Assembly (NCBI GenBank): GCA_963783385.1
Contig: CAWANJ010000004.1
Span: 1 to 43,516, forward strand
DNA length: 43,516 nucleotides
DNA from: an uncultured Gemmatimonadales bacterium
Lineage (GTDB): Bacteria > Gemmatimonadota > Gemmatimonadetes > Palauibacterales > Palauibacteraceae
Direction of reading: 5' to 3'
The position numbers and the translations under genes were made by a program. This document shows, piece after piece, positions 30,485 through 39,001 of the stretch; positions within the stretch are counted from its first letter, which is position 1; the number at the start of each line of letters is the position of its first letter. The notes under the pieces are model-generated. The model made no database searches. It was not told the origin of the DNA and saw only the letters and a program-made list of their open reading frames with translations.

Positions 30485-30510
30485 AACGGCGGCCTCTCGT
30501 CCGCCGTCCC
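30485..30510 (-). promoter_or_regulatory. ECF promoter GGGAC-N18-GTT upstream of sigma 1
   Basis: Minus strand GGGAC ggcggacgagaggccgcc GTT, ~35 nt before the ATG. Confidence 0.65.
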
Positions 30511-30584
30511 GCCCGGCTCAATCTCCGCGCCCGGCTGGCGCGGAGCAACGACCGGGCTCATGTCGGGGAGCGGAGACGGGGCTC

Positions 30585-31250
30585 TCAGCCCAGGAGCCAT
30601 CCGGGCTCGTGGATCCAGCGGCGGGCCAGCAGTCCGAGCACGAGGCCGTAGACGGCATGCGCGAGGACCACGGTCACGATCATCCAGGGCATGTCGAGCG
30701 CCAGAAAGCCGACGCCCAGCGCGCGGACCGCGGGACTCACCAGGAAGCCCAGGCCGACGAGCTGGCCGAAGGCCAGCGCCCACCACACCGGCTTCCGGCC
30801 AAGGAGGACGGCGAACACGATCCCGAAGGTCACGCCGTTCCAGAAGTGGTAGGCCCAGCCGACGACGTTGGAGAGGGCCGAAGGCCCGAGCATGAACCGG
30901 TTGAGGAGCAGCACGCCGAGGAGCTTGGGCATCGAGCCCGGCATGCCGCCCAGGTGGAAGCCGGTGATCCGCACGGCCTCCAGCCCCACGGTCGCCACGA
31001 GCCCGGCGGCGCCGCCAGCCAGGAGCCGGTTCACCAGCCGCCGGTGCCCCTGTGCACGGGCGGCCAGGCCCACGCCTGCGAGGACGATGATCGAGGGAAC
31101 GAGCACGTACAGGCCGAGCCACGAGAGCTTGGCGTAGCCGGCCTGCGCGATCCAGAACAGGTTGGGGGAGACCCCCGCCGCCGCGAGGGCGACGAGGGAT
31201 TCCCCGATCTCGAGCGTTCGGCTCCCGGAGCTGTGGGTGTCGGAGGGCAC
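30585..31250 (-). CDS. multi-pass membrane protein with two membrane histidines
   Basis: About 6 TM helices, with 'AYHFWNG' and 'AHAVYG'. Confidence 0.8.
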   Translation of the reverse strand: MPSDTHSSGSRTLEIGESLVALAAAGVSPNLFWIAQAGYAKLSWLGLYVLVPSIIVLAGVGLAARAQGHRRLVNRLLAGGAAGLVATVGLEAVRITGFHLGGMPGSMPKLLGVLLLNRFMLGPSALSNVVGWAYHFWNGVTFGIVFAVLLGRKPVWWALAFGQLVGLGFLVSPAVRALGVGFLALDMPWMIVTVVLAHAVYGLVLGLLARRWIHEPGWLLG

Positions 31251-31257
31251 GGTCGGC

Positions 31258-31740
31258 CTACGAGGCCGCGGCGGCCGCGATGGCGTGCAGCTTCTGGTCG
31301 AGCATGGGGGCCATCTTGTCCAGGGCCGGGGAGCCGTATGCCCTGAGCTCCTCGGAAGGCTTCAGGTAGCTGATGACCGTGTGCCCCTGGCCGTCCCGGT
31401 ACACGTTCACGCGGACCGGCACCACGACGCCGACGCCCTCGTCGGCCGCGAACAGCTTCTTGCCGAGCTGCGGGTTGCCGACGAAGAAGGACTGCGACTC
31501 CACCTTCGCGCCCGTCATGCCCAAAACCTTCCCCTGGTTCAGCTGGCCCATCACCATGAGGCCGTTCTGGCTCACCGCCTGCTTCAGGCGACCGGCCACC
31601 TGCGAAACCGAGCCCTGGGCCTGCACGCGGACGAGCATGTCTCCGCTCATCTGAGCCCGAAGGCCCGGCGCGACGGATAGCGACAGTAGGGTGGCGGCCG
31701 CCACGGCCAGCGCGCTCCGGTAGCTTCTCGTCTTCTTCAT
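31258..31740 (-). CDS. exported DUF302 domain protein
   Basis: Signal peptide, 'FVGNPQLGKKL' and 'VPVRVNVY...TVISYLKP'. Confidence 0.8.
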   Translation of the reverse strand: MKKTRSYRSALAVAAATLLSLSVAPGLRAQMSGDMLVRVQAQGSVSQVAGRLKQAVSQNGLMVMGQLNQGKVLGMTGAKVESQSFFVGNPQLGKKLFAADEGVGVVVPVRVNVYRDGQGHTVISYLKPSEELRAYGSPALDKMAPMLDQKLHAIAAAAAS

Positions 31741-31795
31741 CGTCCCGACTCCTGTGTGGTTCGTGAGTGCTATCGATCCCGTGCTGCGGATCGAG

Positions 31796-31821
31796 AACAG
31801 GAGAGTCGGGCGGGTTGTTCC
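31796..31821 (-). promoter_or_regulatory. ECF promoter GGAAC-N18-GTT upstream of the DUF302 gene
   Basis: Minus strand GGAAC aacccgcccgactctcct GTT. Confidence 0.75.
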
Positions 31822-31879
31822 AGGGCCGCACGACGACGCCGGTGGAGCCGGTGCTGGATGGCGCCGCCGGGACCGTGGG

Positions 31880-32488
31880 CGACCGGGCGGTCTCGCGGGG
31901 CACCGCCTCGACGTCGAAATCGAGACGCAGCTCGTCCTTCACCTTGATGGCGCCGAACCCGAACGAGTAGGGCTCGACCCCGAAGTCCGTCTGCCGGAAG
32001 TGAAGGGTGCCACGGGCGACGAGCGTGTCCCCGCGGCTCTCGAGCCGGGCCACGACGGCCACGGTCCGGGTCGAATCCTCCAGGGTGAGCGAGCCCGTCA
32101 CCCGCAGCCCACCGGCCACCGGCTCCACGCTCCGCGAGACGAACCGGATCTCCGGGTAGCGCCCGGCGTGCAGCACGTCCTTCAGCATGTGCTCGCGGAT
32201 GGCGTGCAGCTGCGCCGGGCTGGCGTCGACGGTCCGGACCTCGAGGCTGTCGACCGGAACGACCACGTCGAGGCGATCGGTGGAGGAGTCGCCGGGACGG
32301 TACTCGAGGTCGGCCCGGAAGGCCCCGGCCACGATTCGGTGCTCGTGCGAGAGGGCCGCCAGGAAGCCGCCCGCCTCGCTGGTCACCTCGAAGCGGCTCG
32401 AGGGCAGGACCGTCCAGGCGGACGCCGTGTCGACGGCCGACCCGCTCAGCGTGCAGGCTCCGGCCAGCAGGATCATCGTGCACATCAT
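31880..32488 (-). CDS. YceI family periplasmic lipid/quinone-binding protein (true stop not visible)
   Basis: Signal peptide, 'VLHAGRYPEIRF', 'VTGSLTL' and 'QTDFGVEPYS...IKVKDEL'. GGGAGG RBS. The frame runs on to 31031, so the 3' end is approximate. Confidence 0.85.
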
Positions 32489-32551
32489 TGTAGGGCCTCC
32501 CTCGCTCCGTGGTGTCTCCGTCCGGAACCGGCCGCCCATGGGCCGCCGCTC

Positions 32552-32581
32552 TTGACGCGGAAAGACGACCGGTCGTATTCT
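32552..32581 (+). promoter_or_regulatory. sigma70 promoter TTGACG-N18-TATTCT with embedded TetR operator 1 (AGACGACCGGTCGTAT, 32563-32578)
   Basis: The -10 ends 6 nt before the tetR ATG, implying a leaderless mRNA. The opposite strand carries TAGAAT facing yceI, and the palindrome sits between -35 and -10. Confidence 0.8.
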
Positions 32582-32587
32582 ACAGCC

Positions 32588-33178
32588 ATGATCCGCATGA
32601 AGCACGCAGAGCGCGTCCGGGAGCGTCTCCTCGACGAGGGCGTCGCGGCCTTCCTCGAGTTCGGCTTCCATGGTACCGGCCTCAAGCGGGTACTCGACCG
32701 CGCCGGCATCCCGAAGGGCTCCTTCTACAATTACTTCGACAGCAAGGAGTCGTTCGGGGCCGCGACCATCCGGCACTTCGCCGAGGGCGTCCGGTCCCTG
32801 CTGGCGCGCGAGCTGGCCCGGGCGCCCGACCCCCTCAGCGGTCTCCGGGCTTTCTTCGGAGCCATGATGGAGCAGTTCGAGGAATCGGGTTACGTGGGCG
32901 GGTGCCTGCTGGGGAACCTCGGAGGCGAGCTCGACGGCAGCGCGGTGTGCCGCGACGCCCTGGCCGGGTCCATCCAGAGTCTGTGCGGCGAGATCCGCGA
33001 CGCCCTCGGCGACGCCCAGGAGCAGGGTCTGGTGCGCCGGGACATTGACGCGCAGGAGCTGGCGTGCCTCCTCGTCGAGACCTGGGAGGGCGGCGTCATC
33101 CGGATGAAGATCGAACGGTCCCTGGAACCCGTGCGACGCTGTCAGCGTCGATTGTTGGACGACTACTTCCTGCCCTGA
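32588..33178 (+). CDS. TetR family regulator, NemR-like, five Cys
   Basis: HTH 'GFHGTGLKRVLDRAGIPKGSFYNYFDSKE', plus 'GGCLLGNL' and 'WEGGVIRMK'. Confidence 0.93.
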   Translation: MIRMKHAERVRERLLDEGVAAFLEFGFHGTGLKRVLDRAGIPKGSFYNYFDSKESFGAATIRHFAEGVRSLLARELARAPDPLSGLRAFFGAMMEQFEESGYVGGCLLGNLGGELDGSAVCRDALAGSIQSLCGEIRDALGDAQEQGLVRRDIDAQELACLLVETWEGGVIRMKIERSLEPVRRCQRRLLDDYFLP

Positions 33179-33210
33179 CCGGGAGCGACGTTTTTTTCGG
33201 TCGTCGAGTA

Positions 33211-33226
33211 AGACGACCGGTCGTCT
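33211..33226. promoter_or_regulatory. TetR operator 2, perfect 16-bp palindrome AGACGACCGGTCGTCT upstream of sigma 2
   Basis: 15/16 identical to operator 1, and likewise followed closely by TATTC. Confidence 0.85.
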
Positions 33227-33304
33227 ATTCATTGCTCCGCCGCGCGTGCCTTTCCGGCCGCGCGCCGGAAGGTCGGCTCCTCCACCTGAATCTGGATGGC
33301 CCGG

Positions 33305-33988
33305 ATGAGCAAAGCAGCCCACGATCCGATGGAGCGCTCCGGAGCCGCCGGAGGCGACGCGGACCTGCGTGCGCGATTCATGCGGCTTCTCGATCCGGTG
33401 TTGCCGCGCGCCTATGCCGCCGCCCGGCACCTGACGCGCGACCCGCACGACGCGGAGGACCTGGTCCAGGAGGCGGCTCTCAAGGCCTGGAACGGCTTCG
33501 ACGGGTTCGAGCCCGCCACCAACTTCCGAGCCTGGTTCCTGAAGATCTTGACCCACGCATACTACGACTCGTACCGGCGACGGCGACGATCTCCGAGCAC
33601 GGTCTCCATCGACGGTGAGCCCGACCACTTCCTGTACCACAAGCTGGCCACGGCCCGGGCGGCGCGGGGTCCGGAGAACCCCGCGGGGGCCTTCCTGCGG
33701 CGCCTGGACGGTCGCCACATCGCGGCGGCCCTCTACGCGCTCCCGGACGAGTTCCGCGCCGCGGCGGTGTTGTACTTCGTGGAGGACCTCTCCTACCCGG
33801 AGATCGCCGAGGCGCTGGGCTGCCCGATCGGAACGGTGCGCTCGCGCATCCACCGGGGCCGGAAGCGCCTCCAGGTGGCGCTGTGGAGGGTGGCGGAGGA
33901 CCACGGTCTGGTCGGGTCAGCGGCGCGCGGCGAGGGGAAGGGGCCGGACGTCGCCCCGCAGCGGACGGCCGGCGGCGGACGGCCGTGA
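33305..33988 (+). CDS. ECF sigma-70 factor, SigR/SigH-like (sigma 2)
   Basis: 'DAEDLVQE', 'TNFRAWFLKIL' and 'YPEIAEALGCPIGTVRSRIHRGR'. Start could be 33296, 33305 or 33329. Confidence 0.92.
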   Translation: MSKAAHDPMERSGAAGGDADLRARFMRLLDPVLPRAYAAARHLTRDPHDAEDLVQEAALKAWNGFDGFEPATNFRAWFLKILTHAYYDSYRRRRRSPSTVSIDGEPDHFLYHKLATARAARGPENPAGAFLRRLDGRHIAAALYALPDEFRAAAVLYFVEDLSYPEIAEALGCPIGTVRSRIHRGRKRLQVALWRVAEDHGLVGSAARGEGKGPDVAPQRTAGGGRP

Positions 33989-33999
33989 GGTCGGGCAAC

Positions 34000-34293
34000 C
34001 GGAGATCAGCCTTCGGAACGGCTCGCCGTAGCGTCGGTCGCTTCCGCGCGGTCCCGCCTTCAGGGCGGACTCGATCCTCTCCCGTAGTCCCGGGGGGACG
34101 TCTGTCTTCCGGATCCTCTCCTTCAGGCCCATCCAGCAGCGTCCGTTCGAACTCGAGAACCTCGGCGCAACGGTCGCAGCTGGCCAGGTGCTCCTCGACG
34201 CCCCGCGCCTCCTCGGGCGACAGCTCGCCGTCCACGTACGAAGTCCACCCGACGGCGTACGTCTTCGCAGCTGTAACCAGCCATCGGCCCCAT
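34000..34293 (-). CDS. zf-HC2 anti-sigma factor 2 (two frameshifts), convergent on sigma 2
   Basis: 'MAGYSCEDVRRR' / 'YVDGELSPEEARGVEEHLASCDRC' / 'VPPGLRERI'. The last frame stays open to 33917, so the 3' end is approximate. Confidence 0.8.
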
Positions 34294-34357
34294 CCTGACT
34301 CCGGCCTGTCGTTTCGGCGGGGAGTCTTCTCGTGATCGTCCGCGCGACGCGTCCCAG

Positions 34358-34383
34358 AACGACGTGCCGGATAATCCGGTTCC
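34358..34383 (-). promoter_or_regulatory. ECF promoter GGAAC-N18-GTT upstream of anti-sigma 2
   Basis: Minus strand GGAAC cggattatccggcacgtc GTT. Confidence 0.75.
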
Positions 34384-34425
34384 CCTCCCACGAACGTCAA
34401 GCCTCGAGCCCTCCCGATCCACCGG

Positions 34426-34451
34426 GGAACCGTTTCGGGACGACCTACGTT
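34426..34451 (+). promoter_or_regulatory. ECF promoter GGAAC-N18-GTT upstream of the barrel-cupredoxin gene
   Basis: GGAAC cgtttcgggacgacctac GTT. Confidence 0.75.
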
Positions 34452-34569
34452 CGTGGCCCTCGTGAGTGCCCGCGGAATTGCTCACCGCGCCGTCTCCTGG
34501 CGGGACGGTCGGGCGGCGGGCGTGGATCCCCAGGTCGAACCCGATCTCCCGAGGGAGGGCAGGCGAGGC

Positions 34570-35788
34570 ATGTGTTGGACGCGTTCGTGGCTTGCGACGA
34601 CAGCCCTGGCGGGGGCCCTGCTCCTGGCGCCGGCGGGCTCGAGCGCCCAGCCCGTGACAGGGCGGACGCCGAATCTGGCGGGCACGTGGACGGCCTCCCC
34701 GGGGCAGCTGTTCTTCGACTTCTCGCATCGGTTCCAGGTGGCGGGGTCGGACGCCGACATCGGAGACCTCTTCGGCGACGGCAAGGTCGTCAACTACCCG
34801 ACCTTCCAGCTCGACCTGGGGATGGCGCCCGGGCTGATGGCCGGGTTCCGCTACAGCACGCGCTCGCTGCTGGCCGGCGGCTCGAACGAGTGGCAGCCGT
34901 ACGCCACGTGGTCGCCGGGCGGCCGGCGCGCCGGGCGAGCCCTCTCGGTGGCGCTGACGGCGGCCTGGAACGGGGCCACGCACAGCCTGGACGGGGAGGC
35001 GACGGGGGCGACGCGCTCCTCGGACCCGTCCACGTCCTCGGCGCGGCGCGCGGCTTCGGGGACGGGTTCGAGCGGCCGGGCGGGCAGGACCGGCCCGCCT
35101 CCCTCGCCCTGGCGGGCGGGGTGGGACTGGAGCTGAACCGGTACGTGACCCTGGCCGGGGACGTCTCGGACCTGGTGGCGGGGATCGACGGTCCGGCCGC
35201 GTGGAGCGCGGGGCTGGAGCTCGCGATCCCGTACACTCCGCACACGCTGACCCTGATGGCCACGAACGTGTCCAGCGGAACGCTGGAGGGGACCTCGACC
35301 GGCGTGGCCCACACGGTCTACTGGGGGTTCGAGTTCACCGTGCCCTTCAGCGGCTTCGCCCGCTGGGGCCAGCTGGTGCACCCGGGCGAGCTCGGGGGGA
35401 GGCTCGTCGGAAGGCTCCGCGAGCGGAGGGGCTGGGGGCGAAGCCTCCGGCGCGGGAGCCGGCCTGGTGGCCCCGTCCGGCGACGCGTCCGCGGTCCGGC
35501 GTGCCGGTCGGCGGACCCGGCACGGTGGTCGAGATCGAGGTCAAGGGGCTCGCCTTCCATCCGGACACGGTACGGGTGCGTCCCGGCACCACCATCCGGT
35601 GGGTGAACCACGACCCGCTGGCCCACTCCAGCACCTCGAGCGACGGGCTGTGGGATTCTCCGCTCGTCGACCCGGCCGCCAGCTGGCAGCGCGCCTTCGA
35701 CCGGCCCGGACGCTTCGCCTACCACTGCACTCCGCACCCCTTCATGAAGGGGCTGATCATCGTCTCCGACACGGGAGTCCAGCCATGA
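34570..35788 (+). CDS. DUF5777-like outer-membrane beta-barrel fused to a C-terminal amicyanin-like cupredoxin (frameshifted)
   Basis: Signal peptide, 'LFFDFSHRF', amphipathic strands, 'HTLTLMATN', a Gly/Ser linker, then 'WVNHDPLAHS...YHCTPHPFMKG' type-1 Cu ligands. Confidence 0.75.
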
Positions 35789-36220
35789 CACGTGCGCTAC
35801 CGATCCGTCGATCCGCCGCCACGATTCGCGGCCTGGTCGTCGCCGCCGCTCTTCGCCTGGCCGCCTGCGGGGGCGGGAGCACCTCGCCGACGCCAGAATC
35901 CGCCCCCCCGCCCCCGCCTCCGGGCGGCGGCTCGGGCGACGTGCAGATCGACATGCAGAACATCGCCTTCAAGACGTCCAACGGGACGGACTCGATCACG
36001 GTGGCGGCGGGCTCGACCATCCAGTGGACGAACCTGGACCAGGGCGATCCAGCACTCGGCCACCAGCGACTCGGTGCCCTCGGGAGCGTCGAGCTTCGAC
36101 TCGAGGCTCCTGAGCTATCAGGAGAGCCAGACCTACACGGTCGACAAGCCGGGGCGGTACGTGTACCACTGCACCGTCCATCCTGGGCAGATGGCGCACG
36201 CCGTGATCATCGCCCAGTGA
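35785..36220 (+). CDS. cupredoxin (plastocyanin/azurin family) lipoprotein (frameshift near 36045)
   Basis: Lipobox 'LAA-C', Pro linker and 'WTNLD..QHS...YHCTVHPGQM'. ATGA overlap with the previous gene. Confidence 0.85.
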
Positions 36221-36293
36221 GCTCGGGAGCCGGCCGGGCCGGGAGCGCTCTCCCCGGCCCTGGCCTGCGCTCCTCCCCCGCTCGCCCTCCGTC

Positions 36294-37082
36294 TCACCCG
36301 CGCTGTCGCAGGGCGTCGAGCGCCTTCCTCGCGTTGTCGTTCTTCGGGTTCAGGCGGAGCGACTTCTGGTAGCTTTCGATCGCCTCGCGGGTCTTCCCCG
36401 CGGCGGCCAGGGCCTCGCCGAGGCTGTCCCACACGTTCCAGGAATCGGGATGGAGGACCGTGTTCAGCCGGAAGATCGCGATCGGGTCGTCTGGGTTCCG
36501 GCCGCGGCGAAGCAGCTCGTAGCCCAAAGCGTTAAGCCCCCGCTCGGGAAGGGTGGCCGGCCGACCGGACGCGGAGTCGGCCCGCTGGAAGAGAGCGACG
36601 GCCTCTTTCGTGAAGCCCATGCGCGCCAGGTCGAGGAAGCGCTGCTGGCGGGTCACGAAGTCGCTGGTCGAGGGCCGGCTCAGCGTCCACACGTAGGAGG
36701 CGATGGCCCACAGCTGCTCCCGGTCCAGGTGCATGCCGCCCTCCGGATTCATCTCGAACGGCCGGGGCGTCACGGCCCTGAAGTCGGCCTTCTGGACGCC
36801 CCAGAAGATGGTGTGCCGGATGCCCTGGATGTCCCCGGGACTGTGCAGCCACTCGGCGTCGGAGAGGTTCGGCGCCCGGCGGCCGGTGCCACGGCCGCCC
36901 ACGGCGTGGCAGGCGACGCAGCTCCCGCCGTTGAACAGGTCGCTTCCGGCCATGACCCGCGCGGGCGTGACGCTGTCCGGCACGGTCATGGCGGAATCCG
37001 CAGGGAAGGTTTGCTGGGCGTCGGCCGCGGCCGGCAGCGCCGCCCCGAGGATCAGGAGGACGGCCATCACGCGCATGCGCAT
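36294..37082 (-). CDS. exported monoheme cytochrome c with C-terminal TPR domain
   Basis: Signal peptide, CVACH, 'APNLSD.EWLH', a candidate axial Met and TPR 'NVWDSLGEAL...YQKSLRLNP'. Confidence 0.88.
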   Translation of the reverse strand: MRMRVMAVLLILGAALPAAADAQQTFPADSAMTVPDSVTPARVMAGSDLFNGGSCVACHAVGGRGTGRRAPNLSDAEWLHSPGDIQGIRHTIFWGVQKADFRAVTPRPFEMNPEGGMHLDREQLWAIASYVWTLSRPSTSDFVTRQQRFLDLARMGFTKEAVALFQRADSASGRPATLPERGLNALGYELLRRGRNPDDPIAIFRLNTVLHPDSWNVWDSLGEALAAAGKTREAIESYQKSLRLNPKNDNARKALDALRQRG

Positions 37083-37132
37083 GATCTCTTCTCTCGCCGA
37101 AGGAGGGGTACCGAGGTACGGTCCCGTCTTCT

Positions 37133-37158
37133 AACCGGCCCTTCGTCCAGCCGGTTCC
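37133..37158 (-). promoter_or_regulatory. ECF promoter GGAAC-N18-GTT upstream of the cytochrome c-TPR gene
   Basis: Minus strand GGAAC cggctggacgaagggccg GTT. Confidence 0.75.
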
Positions 37159-37209
37159 CGGCCCGCTCGATGGGACAGCCCCGCCGCTCCCTTCGCCCTC
37201 GACGGCGCA

Positions 37210-37235
37210 GGAACTTCACCAGGGTCGGTGCCGTT
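37210..37235 (+). promoter_or_regulatory. ECF promoter GGAAC-N18-GTT upstream of the barrel gene at 37283
   Basis: GGAAC ttcaccagggtcggtgcc GTT. Confidence 0.75.
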
Positions 37236-37282
37236 GAGGAAACCGGCACTCCGCACCGGACTTCGTGCGAGGAGGCGGCAGG

Positions 37283-37981
37283 ATGGTGTGGCAGACAGCG
37301 CTGTCTCGCGGCCGGGTCCCCGCCATCGCCGCACTCCTGGTAGTCGCGGCCCTGCTTCCCAGCTCGCGGGCGGTCGCCCAGGGGCGTGGGATCGAGGTGG
37401 GTCCGTTCTTCGGCCTGTTCGTTCCGACGTCGACCCTGGCCGAGTCCAGCTTCCCCAGCGTCGAAGGCGAGACGATCACGACCTCGGTGGAGCAGCGGAG
37501 CGCGGTCGCGCTCGGAGCCAGGGCCACCGGCTGGCTGGGAGAGAGGGTCGGAATCGAGGGCGAGTTCACCTGGGCGGCGAGCCTCGTGAGAACCTCGGTG
37601 TCACCGAGCGTTCTCGCCACGAGCGCGACGACGTCGACGGCCGGCTCGGCCGTGTGGCTGGCGAGCGCCTCGCTCGTGTACGGCCTTCCGCTGGCCCACT
37701 ACACCGCCGGCCTGTACCTGAAAGCGGGTCCTGCCCTGGTCGGAAGTACGGGGGCGGACGCCCTCGCGAACGCAGCCGGTGGCGTGGACATCGGTGGGCT
37801 CGGGGGCGTGGGATTCCGTTTCCGGATCGCGCGCGGCGTGTCGTTGCGCGTCGACGCGGAGGATGTGGTCTCGTGCTCCGGCGTCCGGGACGCGACGACG
37901 GGAGCCGATGCCGGCTGCCGGACGCAGAGCGATCTGGTGCTGTCGACCGGGATGTCGGTCGCGCTGGGAGCCGGAAAGTGA
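37283..37981 (+). CDS. small outer-membrane beta-barrel protein
   Basis: Signal peptide and alternating beta strands ('IEVGPFFG', 'VGIEGEFTW', 'GGVGFRFRI', 'SLRVDAED'). GAGGAGG RBS. Confidence 0.75.
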   Translation: MVWQTALSRGRVPAIAALLVVAALLPSSRAVAQGRGIEVGPFFGLFVPTSTLAESSFPSVEGETITTSVEQRSAVALGARATGWLGERVGIEGEFTWAASLVRTSVSPSVLATSATTSTAGSAVWLASASLVYGLPLAHYTAGLYLKAGPALVGSTGADALANAAGGVDIGGLGGVGFRFRIARGVSLRVDAEDVVSCSGVRDATTGADAGCRTQSDLVLSTGMSVALGAGK

Positions 37982-38154
37982 GACGCCTCACGACGCCTCG
38001 GTCTCCGGCGTGCGGGGGATCTCCCTACGGGAAGGTACACCATTTCCGGACGGGCGAGTCCGTCGCACGGCGTCGATGTTGGATCGGTCGTGTCACGTAC
38101 ATCCGCGCGTCGCCAGCCCCGTCCTTTCCCGGGAGGCTCCCCGTGGTCACGGAC

Positions 38155-38919
38155 ATGCGGTCGTTCCCGCAGCTGATTCTGCGCTTCCTCGTGGGCCTCG
38201 CCTGGGTGGCCGGTGCGGCGTGCGGCTCGCCGTCGGCGCCCCGGGACGAGCTGTCGCAGACGCTGACGACGGAACACTTCGTGTTCCACTACTCCGAGGG
38301 CGACCACGTCGAAGCCGAATGGCAGGAGGCTTACCACGCGTGGCTCCTCGACCGGCTCGGGGTCCAGCTGCCGGAGCGGATCGACTACTACAAGTACCGG
38401 GACCGGGCCCAGAAGCTGAAGCTGATGGGGATCGACGGAAACGCCATCGCCATCCCGGAGCTCATGGAGGTGCACACGATCTTTCCGCGGGACAACCACG
38501 AGACCGTCCACGTGCTCGTCAATCTCATCTGGGGGCGCGCGCCGGCCCTGTTCGGGGAAGGCGTCGCGGTTGCGTTCCAGAGCGATCCGGTCGCCGGCGA
38601 CACCGTCCCGAGGTGGAACACGCGGCCTCTCGACGACATCGCCCGCGACGCGTGGGCCGCCGGAACGGTACCGGCGCTGGACGACCTGATCCTGAACGAC
38701 TCGTTCCGGACCTACGCCGAGGGCCTCACGTATCCAGTCGCCGGGTCCTTCGTCCACTACCTGCTCGAGTCGAGGGGCGTCGCCACCCTGCGCTCGTTCT
38801 TCGAGTCGTTCGGCCCCGATGACGCCGCGCAGGTGCGGGACTACTTCCGTGCGGCGTATGGCGAAGAGCTGGACGTGGTGTGGGACGGCTGGCGAGCGCA
38901 GCTCGTCTCCGGTCTCTGA
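38155..38919 (+). CDS. lipoprotein, gluzincin (peptidase MA-like) metallopeptidase domain
   Basis: Lipobox 'AGAA-C', HExxH 'HETVH', a downstream 'EGVA' and 'YPVAGSFVHYL'. Confidence 0.8.
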   Translation: MRSFPQLILRFLVGLAWVAGAACGSPSAPRDELSQTLTTEHFVFHYSEGDHVEAEWQEAYHAWLLDRLGVQLPERIDYYKYRDRAQKLKLMGIDGNAIAIPELMEVHTIFPRDNHETVHVLVNLIWGRAPALFGEGVAVAFQSDPVAGDTVPRWNTRPLDDIARDAWAAGTVPALDDLILNDSFRTYAEGLTYPVAGSFVHYLLESRGVATLRSFFESFGPDDAAQVRDYFRAAYGEELDVVWDGWRAQLVSGL

Positions 38920-38937
38920 TCATGGGTCCCTCGAAGC

Positions 38938-38963
38938 GGAACCGCCCCGACCGGCCTTCCGCT
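38938..38963 (+). promoter_or_regulatory. weaker ECF promoter GGAAC-N18-GCT upstream of the barrel gene at 39002
   Basis: One mismatch in the -10 element. Position and orientation are correct. Confidence 0.45.
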
Positions 38964-39001
38964 GACGGGCCGGCCCCGACACTCCAACGGGAGGTCAGAG
39001 C

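Noticed and set aside
31031-33904. 957-aa ORF on the minus strand
   Set aside because: A composite of antisense sigma/tetR sequence, the real yceI and run-on past a missing stop.
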